From contig CDMY01001030.1 in NCBI GenBank assembly GCA_001179505.1, positions 1-5,757 of the forward strand: a stretch of 5,757 nt of DNA. The letters run 5' to 3'. Positions 1 to 5,426 of the stretch are shown in pieces. A model generated the notes under the pieces. The model ran no database searches. It was not told the origin of the DNA and was given only the letters and a program-made list of their open reading frames with translations. Positions within the stretch are counted from its first letter, which is position 1, and every line of letters starts with the position of its first letter. The translations under genes and the position numbers were made by a program. The stretch is from Vitrella brassicaformis CCMP3155. Taxonomy: Eukaryota > Protista > Chromerida.

Positions 1-225
1 GCCAACGTGTTCATCGCCCACATGGCTCATGCGCTGTTGGAGAAGGAGGGGTGGAAGGGTCGGGGGTTCAGTCATGTGTCTGGATGGATTCGCTCTCGCT
101 TGTCTATCGCCCTCGCGCGTGCGACTAGCTTCTGTCTGCGTGGGGGAGGGAGGGGAGGGTTTGCGGGAGACTGGGGTGTGCTGATGGGGCGGGGATTGAT
201 CCCTCCTCCCCTTCAGCCTGTTTGA
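1..225 (+). CDS. Partial CDS: C-terminal RLE-region of a CRE-like retrotransposon ORF (5'-truncated by the window edge)
   Basis: ANVFIAHMAHALLEKEGWKGRGFSHVSGWIRSRLSIALARATSFCLRGGGRGGFAGDWGVLMGRGLIPPPLQPV*. The GTG at 7 used by the ORF track is an internal codon, since the frame is already open at base 1. Confidence 0.7.
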   Translation, partial: ANVFIAHMAHALLEKEGWKGRGFSHVSGWIRSRLSIALARATSFCLRGGGRGGFAGDWGVLMGRGLIPPPLQPV

Positions 226-306
226 GTCTGCGTGCTGATGGGACTGTATTTGTATGAGTATCACGGACACACAGACGAGTGTTACGGTTAATGACAGTTT
301 CCACTG

Positions 307-328
307 AAAAAAAAAAAGAAAAAAAAAA
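307..328 (+). repeat. Poly(A) tract A11-G-A10, probable retrotransposon tail and insertion junction
   Basis: Directly visible. It sits exactly at the GC-rich/AT-rich boundary and abuts the truncated polymerase frame. Confidence 0.85.
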
Positions 329-1896
329 TTGACTAAATATTTTGAATTTCAGAGGAACAAGGATGTGCCAAATATATTTAACAAAGACAAGAATGTCATT
401 AACTTGCACGACGTCAAAAATGCATTTAATCAATTGGCGTTTAGCAAAGAAGAAGAAAAAGAATTTTTTGACATAGTCGGAGATCATTATTTAATTGCTC
501 TTGACGTAGTTAGTCTGTATCCGTTTGTAATGAAATTTGATAAATTACTCATGAATAAATATCCGATCGGGCATAGTTATTGGGTGACTTCGATGGATGA
601 AAGAAATCGGCTACAACAATTATTAGACGAAGAAAAAGGCGACGAACTGCCTGCTGGATTTTATGAAGTTGACGTAATATCGAATAATAAGAAAATCATT
701 CCTACGAATGGAAGCAAAATTCGACACAGAGATGTTATATTCTTTAATGATGACGAAATAGAAAAATACCAGATAAGTACAACACAATTTAATTTTGTTA
801 ATACAAAGAAGCAAGTTTATAATTCAGTCGATCTCATGGATGGTTTGAAAAGAGGAGATAAATATAACATTGTTGGCAGTGTTTTGTTGTTTAACGACAC
901 ATCAAATAAAGTGTTTGATAAATACGTAGAGTGTTTGATAAATACGTAGAGCAGGTGTATGATATGAAGATGAAACAAGACGTTGAGAAAGAGAAAAAGA
1001 AAAGAGAAGAAGAAAATGCTTATAATTCTGCATTACGTCATTGTGCTAAAATTCTTCTGAGCTCATTGTATGGCAAGACATTGTAAGGCAGTTATGATGA
1101 AATAGAAAAAGAAGTACGCAATGCATCCGAACTTAAAAAACTTCTAAAAAATCACATATGGGTTGACTTTTTGAAAATGGGTGATTCATATATATTTATT
1201 GGCAGAAAAATAAATTTCTCTGACACAACAAACATGCCGAACCAGTTAGGTTGTTATATATTTCTTATTCACGAATGTACATGAATATGATATTTGACAT
1301 GATCGATGAAGAGCGATTAAATGAGAAACCTGATGTAGAACAATCTGTATATGATACTCCTTTTTATTCTGATACAGACTGCGTTATTGTACATGCTTCT
1401 CTCCTAAAAAAAGCGGCTCATCTAATTTATCATCCATATGATGAAAAAGGTGAATTTATTCCGAAACAATTAGGACAACTTGAAAATGAGATTGGGGAAG
1501 AGGGAAAAATTATTGCTTTCTACGGGAATGCAAAAAAGTCTTATTGCTATATTGTGTTGACATCAAATGGAGAGATTTATGCAAAAGTTCGCTCAAAAGG
1601 AGCTAATAATGCCATCTACAAAAGTGCCTTGGTATGCCGAAATAATTAAAGAAAATAAAAGCTATTTAGTTGAAGGCGAGAGTCTGCAAAAAAAGAGACA
1701 TACACAGAAAAGCTGGACTGGCGGTGAAGCATTAGGTCATTTTTATTTTATCAGCACGAAATATAGCAGGACAATTCGTAAAGTAGACGTGCCTGTAGAT
1801 AAAATTACCATAAAAGATGGTGACGTAATTTTGCCGAAAGGAATTAATGAGATGTTTTATATAGACGATCCGTCTTTTAAAATCTCACCTATATAA
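329..1896 (+). pseudogene. polB: Protein-primed family B DNA polymerase (pPolB), 5'-truncated and disrupted
   Basis: Motif A DVVSLYP (503-523), motif B KILLSSLYGK (1048-1077), motif C YSDTDC (1365-1382), then LGQLENE, KKSY and KG. About 175 aa separate motifs A and B, consistent with the TPR1 insertion of protein-primed enzymes. Lesions: 20-bp duplication 911-950, TAA 1084-1086, a 1-nt loss near 1261-1264 and a 1-nt gain near 1600-1640. The exonuclease domain is absent (it would lie 5' of 329). Joins track ORFs 329..949, 1251..1649 and 1567..1896 plus the unlisted frame +1 segment of about 952-1260. Confidence 0.92.
911..950 (+). repeat. Perfect 20-bp tandem duplication GTGTTTGATAAATACGTAGA x2
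   Basis: 911-930 is identical to 931-950. Removing one copy restores ...VFDKYVEQVYDMKMKQD... running in frame into motif B. Confidence 0.98.
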
Positions 1897-1898
1897 TA

Positions 1899-2936
1899 AT
1901 GCCTTTAACAAATGAGAAGGAAGAAATATTGAAAAAATTGTACTATGAATCTGGCTCTAATAGCAAAGAACGATTGTACAAAGCTGGGAGAGAGCAGGAC
2001 GCTTCAATTACACGAGGCGATGTTTTTGAATTTATCGAAAAAGAAAGCATCTTTCAGCGTATGCAAAAAATTGATAGACGAAAATTTGATTCTTACATAC
2101 CTCCGGCTCCTCAATATAATTATGAAGCTGATTTAGTCGACTACTCAAATTTTAGTAGATTCAATGAAGGATACAAATATATATTAAATGTTATAGATAC
2201 ATTCACAAAAAAGGCAAGTTGTGTTGCTTTAAAAACAAAGAATACAAAAGAAATCATTGAAGCGTTTGAAAAAGCACTTAAAGAATTAGGGGTTCCATCT
2301 CAACTTCATAGCGATTTAGAAAGTGCGTTTATTAGCAAAGAATTTGAAACAAAAATATTAAAGAAATACGATATTAAACCGCTTTACACCCGCGCGCATG
2401 CTCATTTTATAGAAAGATACAATAAAACTCAAAAAACGATGATTCAAAAATATTTTGAGACTAATAGAACAAAAAAATGGATTAGTGTGTATAGGGAATT
2501 TATGAAAGAATATAACAAAACCGAGCATTCGACGACTGAACGAAAACCTGATGAAGTTAATCAGAATAATGAAGGTGCTATATTATGGGTCTTATTCAAC
2601 AAAGCAAAACGAAATGCTAGGAAATTACATCCACTGAAAATCGGGGACAAAGTCAGATATAGAATTCAGAAAAGCAGATTTGATAAAGGTTATTTGCCAA
2701 ATTGGTCATCAAAAATCGAAGAAGTCAAAGAAATTCATGGTAGATATTTTTATATTACAGGCCAGCGACAAGCGTTTCTTCGAAATGATTTGCAGTATGT
2801 ACGAGGTGGTGAAGCTGAAAGTCAAGAGCGTGAGGAAGAAGAAGGAGAAGAACCAGCTGCGGCTGCTGCTGCTGGTCCACCTAAACGGGACAAATCTAAA
2901 AAATTAACAGACACTGCAGGGTTCATCTATCTCTGA
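1899..2936 (+). CDS. int: Polinton-type retroviral-like (rve/DDE) integrase, 345 aa, apparently intact
   Basis: YEADLVD (D78, nt 2130), GYKYILNVIDTFTK, LHSD (D139, nt 2313), IERYNKT (E172, nt 2412). N-terminal LKKLYY...ERLY...DVFEFI and SH3-like GDKVRY...FDKGYLPNWS are typical of Polinton integrases. ATG is 2 nt after the pol stop, and there is no internal stop or frameshift. Confidence 0.93.
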   Translation: MPLTNEKEEILKKLYYESGSNSKERLYKAGREQDASITRGDVFEFIEKESIFQRMQKIDRRKFDSYIPPAPQYNYEADLVDYSNFSRFNEGYKYILNVIDTFTKKASCVALKTKNTKEIIEAFEKALKELGVPSQLHSDLESAFISKEFETKILKKYDIKPLYTRAHAHFIERYNKTQKTMIQKYFETNRTKKWISVYREFMKEYNKTEHSTTERKPDEVNQNNEGAILWVLFNKAKRNARKLHPLKIGDKVRYRIQKSRFDKGYLPNWSSKIEEVKEIHGRYFYITGQRQAFLRNDLQYVRGGEAESQEREEEEGEEPAAAAAAGPPKRDKSKKLTDTAGFIYL

Positions 2937-2968
2937 TTAATTACAATTAATTAATTATATACATTACC

Positions 2969-3277
2969 ATGTCTTTTTCTCACTATGATATAGACGTTGT
3001 TTATAATTTCATGGAAAAAGCAATCATTAAAGACGATTGTATTGAGGATCGGCCATTCTTTTTTTGCTCTCTCTGTAATCCGAATGGAAACGTGTTTAAA
3101 TATAAAACTGCCAATATTGTTAAAGTCTTTATATGTCAAAAATGTCAACGAAGGCCATATAAAAAATGCCCTAGCTGTCAATAAAGAATGAGTATTTGTG
3201 ATTTTAAGATATTAAAACATGCAACGCATCCTTATTATGTATTCTTAAATATATGTGATGCATGTTATGGTGTATAA
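2969..3277 (+). pseudogene. Small Cys-rich zinc-finger protein (four CxxC pairs, 102 codons) interrupted by one TAA at 3182-3184; alternatively a 71-aa CDS 2969..3184 plus a 29-aa ORF 3188..3277
   Basis: CSLC, CQKC and CPSC occur in 2969..3184. The same frame continues after TAA as RMSICDFKILKHATHPYYVFLNICDACYGV* (CDAC). Confidence 0.55.
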
Positions 3278-3315
3278 TAAATAAATGAATAAATTTATAT
3301 AAAGGAAGAGAATAA

Positions 3316-3834
3316 ATGACGCAAGAATGTGCGATTTACCTTGACTCTATCTGTCGTAAAAAATTTCAATTTCCGTGCAAACACAAATTTCGCCGTTATT
3401 ATACGATGTGATGAAAAAAATGATGACAAGTATTACTATATCATATAGCATCCTTACTCTAACGCTTCCATCAAACTTTCTCATAATGGCTATGTCCGAC
3501 GTGTAAAGCACAATCAATTACATCAAAAAACAACGAATTCATTAAAATCATCATTGATTTTGCGGATAAATACAGCTATTTTATAATCAATATTTCTGAT
3601 CTTCAAATATTTAAACGTCAGAGCTTTGAATTGTGGAATTTTTTGGTGTGTCAATTCCATAAAGCTGTAATGAAACAAAGAACTTTTAACTTGAAAATGT
3701 GGGAAGACCATGATTCCAACAATGAATACCTAATAATCACGCCATTGTTGACCGATGATTCACAAATTAATAGTGAGTACTATGAAGTGCAAGCGTTGTC
3801 ATTTATTGAGTTTTTTACTACGCTTTACAAGTGA
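3316..3834 (+). pseudogene. Degenerate RING-finger (putative E3 ubiquitin ligase) gene
   Basis: Frame +1 reads MTQECAIYLDSICRKKFQFPCKHKFRRYYTM (3316-3408), then six in-frame stops (3409, 3412, 3421, 3424, 3460, 3484), then WLCPTCKAQ... open to TGA 3832-3834. Spacing C-x2-[Y]-x12-C-x-H-x2-[R]-x2-[Y]-x30-C-x2-C fits the RING consensus, with three ligands each one base change away (TAC/TGC, CGC/CAC or TGC, TAT/TGT). Confidence 0.65.
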
Positions 3835-3940
3835 GACATTCTACACATAATTTGCTAAATATTGAAAATTGAACTTAGAGTGTCTTTTTTTTTACGCAGG
3901 CAATTGATTTTTGTCTTGAACGAATACCTACACTAATCAA

Positions 3941-4080
3941 CGACACTACACACTACAGACGACAAGCAGGTGAAATACACACATCAACACTACAGACGAC
4001 AAGCAGGTGAAATACACATATCGACACTACAGACGACAAGCAGGTGAAATACACACACCGACACTACACACTACAAGCAG
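3941..4080 (+). repeat. 37-bp tandem repeat, three full copies plus a partial copy
   Basis: Invariant 31-nt core ACACTACAGACGACAAGCAGGTGAAATACAC at 3950, 3987 and 4024, each followed by a 6-nt variant (ACATCA, ATATCG, ACACCG). A partial copy starts at 4061. CGACACTACACACTACA occurs at both 3941-3957 and 4059-4075. Confidence 0.95.
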
Positions 4081-4179
4081 ATGACCCACAGAGTTAGACA
4101 GCACGATATCCAAAGCGTGAACAATTAAAATTTGAACACGCAATGAATGATGATACAACATGCATGAATAAACACTACC

Positions 4180-4322
4180 AAACCCACACACACAACAGAC
4201 CCTGCCATCCATCCCTCGCACACACGCTCCGTCCCTCTCGCACACAGACCCTCTCGCACACAACACACAGATTCTCTCGCACACAGCACCCTCGCAAACC
4301 CGCACACACAACAGACCCTGCC
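4180..4322 (+). repeat. Low-complexity repeat block immediately downstream of the minus-strand gene (probable 3'UTR)
   Basis: 27-nt direct repeat AAACCC(A/G)CACACACAACAGACCCTGCC at 4180-4206 and 4296-4322 (26/27 identical), enclosing five CTCGCA cores (4215, 4237, 4253, 4276, 4291). Confidence 0.8.
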
Positions 4323-4331
4323 CTCCCTCTC

Positions 4332-5331
4332 TCATCGTGTGCTGGCCAACGCCCTTCGCACACCCTCCTCGACGCCCTCCCTCACGCCCTCCTTGACGGC
4401 TTCCTTGATGGTGAGCTTGAGCATGTCGGTAGACAACTCGCTGACCGCCGTGTTGGTGTGTGCTGACTCGCTGACCACCGGAGCTGGTGGTGCAGTGTAT
4501 GGTGACGGCTGCGGTTGTCGTTCGTCTTTCGTGACCTCTGACGCATCCTGACAACATACAAAAGATACACACACACACATATGTACACACACACACACAC
4601 ATATGTACACACGTGCTTCGCCACTCCATACATACATGTACATGTGCTACTCCTGTATTCACCTGCATCTGCGTCTCGTCCAGTGCTGCGACGATCGACT
4701 CGTGGTTGTCGGGCGTGTCCACACACCATCCATACTCGATACGGGCACGCTTGATGATGGTCAGTTGCTGCAAACACACACACAACACAGAGGTGAACAC
4801 ACTTGCACGCCCATGTGCTGCTGTGGTCTCCTTTCTCACCTCATCAAACGCATCCAGCATGCACTTGGCACAGACAAAGCCCTTCTTGCCCGTGTGCTTG
4901 GAGGCCGTGAACTCCAGCATCGACGCAAGCAGTGGGTTGTCGGTTGTTGTCTTCCACTTGGTGGGGTTGTGGTCAGCACACACACGAGCCGATCTGGTGC
5001 CGTCACGACAGCGAGGGGAACAGCACATAATGCTGGTCTTGGTGAGGGACTTGGAACACCCGCCGGTGATGTCATACTTGTGCATCACGCACGGCTCTCC
5101 CTCGATGTAGCGGTACGTGTCGCTCGTGTTGACGAAATTGAGGAAGGCGGTGCCGAGAATGTCCTTGACCATTCCGTCAGGGTTCTCTATCATGTCGTCC
5201 TTGCTCCTGCCATCGGCGAGGGGTGCGTGGAAGTGCGGACAGAACGTAATGGGCGTCGTTTGCCCGCCGAGGTTGATAGTCGAGGTCTCACGCCACCCGA
5301 GAGGGGGAAACTCCGTGCGTTTGGGAGCCAT
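4332..5331 (-). CDS. Three-exon gene for an unrecognised 270-aa Cys/His-rich protein; exons 5331-4840, 4767-4663, 4547-4332
   Basis: ATG at 5331 in ACATCGATGG context. Two phase-0 GT-AG introns (GAG|GTGAGA...TTTGCAG|CAA and CAG|GTGAAT...TTGTCAG|GAT) join 164+35+71 aa without stops. Motifs CPHFH, CVMH, CCSPRC, CADH and CAKC; a Pro-rich linker; C-terminal KEAVKEGVREGVEEGVRRAL. Intron sequences are TG-rich and low-complexity, while the exons read like ordinary coding sequence. Confidence 0.78.
4548..4662 (-). other. Intron 2 of the minus-strand gene (115 nt, phase 0)
   Basis: Donor CAG|GTGAAT, (TG)n-rich body, acceptor TGTTGTCAG|. Splicing shifts into the 4332..4643 frame, which encodes the non-repetitive C-terminus. 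Confidence 0.8.
4567..4612 (+). repeat. Compound (CA)n microsatellite interrupted twice by TATGTA, inside intron 2
   Basis: ACACACACACACATATGTACACACACACACACACATATGTACACAC is directly visible. Confidence 0.9.
4768..4839 (-). other. Intron 1 of the minus-strand gene (72 nt, phase 0)
   Basis: Donor GAG|GTGAGA, acceptor TGTGTGTTTGCAG|. The length is a multiple of 3 with no stop, so the ORF track reads through it. Confidence 0.65.
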
Positions 5332-5406
5332 CGATGTCTTGCGAGCTTACAACTGAGCTTGCCACGCCTTTCTGCCACTCCATCTGTCAGAAGTGCAAGT
5401 CGGTCC

Positions 5407-5426
5407 AGGGTTTAGGGTCTAGGGTT
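5407..5426. promoter_or_regulatory. Telomere-like (telo-box-like) motif, three degenerate 7-mers, 76-95 nt upstream of the minus-strand ATG
   Basis: AGGGTTT-AGGGTCT-AGGGTT on +; AACCCTAGACCCTAAACCCT on the gene's sense strand. The regulatory role is inferred from position only. Confidence 0.45.

Larger units (their letters stand above)
1..328 (+). mobile_element. 3' end of a non-LTR retrotransposon, probably CRE clade (restriction-like endonuclease type); 5' part lies outside the window
   Basis: Frame +1 is open from base 1 to TGA 223-225 and ends ...FSHVSGWIRSRLSIALARATSFCLRGG..., matching the W-x-R-x-RLS-x-AL-x-R-A-x3-CLRG C-terminal signature I recognise from CRE-like RLE retrotransposons. 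It is followed by an 81-nt non-coding stretch (226-306) and an A-tail (307-328), then an abrupt switch from GC-rich to AT-rich DNA in the middle of another gene. Confidence 0.75.
329..3890 (+). mobile_element. Fragment of an endogenous Polinton/Maverick-like or Polinton-like-virus element (pPolB + rve integrase + accessory zinc-finger genes)
   Basis: AT-rich, intron-less, tightly packed co-directional genes between GC-rich flanks. The combination of a protein-primed PolB and a retroviral-type integrase is the hallmark of Polintons/Mavericks, mavirus-like virophages and some PLVs. The right boundary is approximate (3835-3940). Confidence 0.85.

Noticed and set aside
295-306. Hairpin CAGT-TTCC-ACTG just before the poly(A) as a retrotransposon 3' recognition stem
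   Set aside because: A 4-bp stem is too weak to distinguish from chance without other copies.
125-487. 120-aa minus-strand ORF with poly-Phe runs
   Set aside because: It crosses the retrotransposon/virus junction, and the Phe runs are simply the reverse complement of A-tracts.
329-1896. Programmed ribosomal frameshifting or splicing to express pPolB
   Set aside because: There are four heterogeneous lesions, including a perfect 20-bp duplication and a nonsense codon, plus loss of the N-terminus, and I see no consistent slippery sites or GT-AG pairs removing them.
1899-2936. Bacterial IS3/IS481 transposase or LTR-retrotransposon pol
   Set aside because: There is no HTH, RT, RNase H or LTR. 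The N- and C-terminal motifs and the adjacency to pPolB fit Polinton-type integrases, and the flanks are eukaryotic.
1084-3184. Ciliate-type genetic code (TAA = Gln), since TAA at 1084 and 3182 both read well as Gln
   Set aside because: The 345-aa AT-rich integrase encodes all of its roughly dozen Gln with CAA/CAG and has no in-frame TAA/TAG, and pol itself ends on TAA just before the int ATG. Nonsense mutation is simpler.
623-3711. Short ORFs 623..814-, 1945..2136+, 2680..2907+, 2951..3181-, 2997..3191+ and 3523..3711-
   Set aside because: These are off-frame or antisense to better-supported genes and have no motifs.
3941-4080. CRISPR array
   Set aside because: The variable parts are only 6 nt and resemble each other, there are no cas genes, and the context is eukaryotic.
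4027-5331. 434-aa minus-strand ORF as a single CDS
   Set aside because: It reads through intron 1 and then into (TG)n intron and UTR sequence, giving VCVC-type low-complexity translation. The spliced 270-aa model explains the region better.
4143-5415. Overlapping ORFs 4603..5415+, 4613..5110+, 4143..4466+, 4339..4551+, 4382..4783-, 4836..5075-, 4125..4307-, 4175..4363-, 5117..5356+ and 5190..5378-
   Set aside because: These are antisense or alternate-frame shadows of a GC-rich gene and its repeats, with no motifs.
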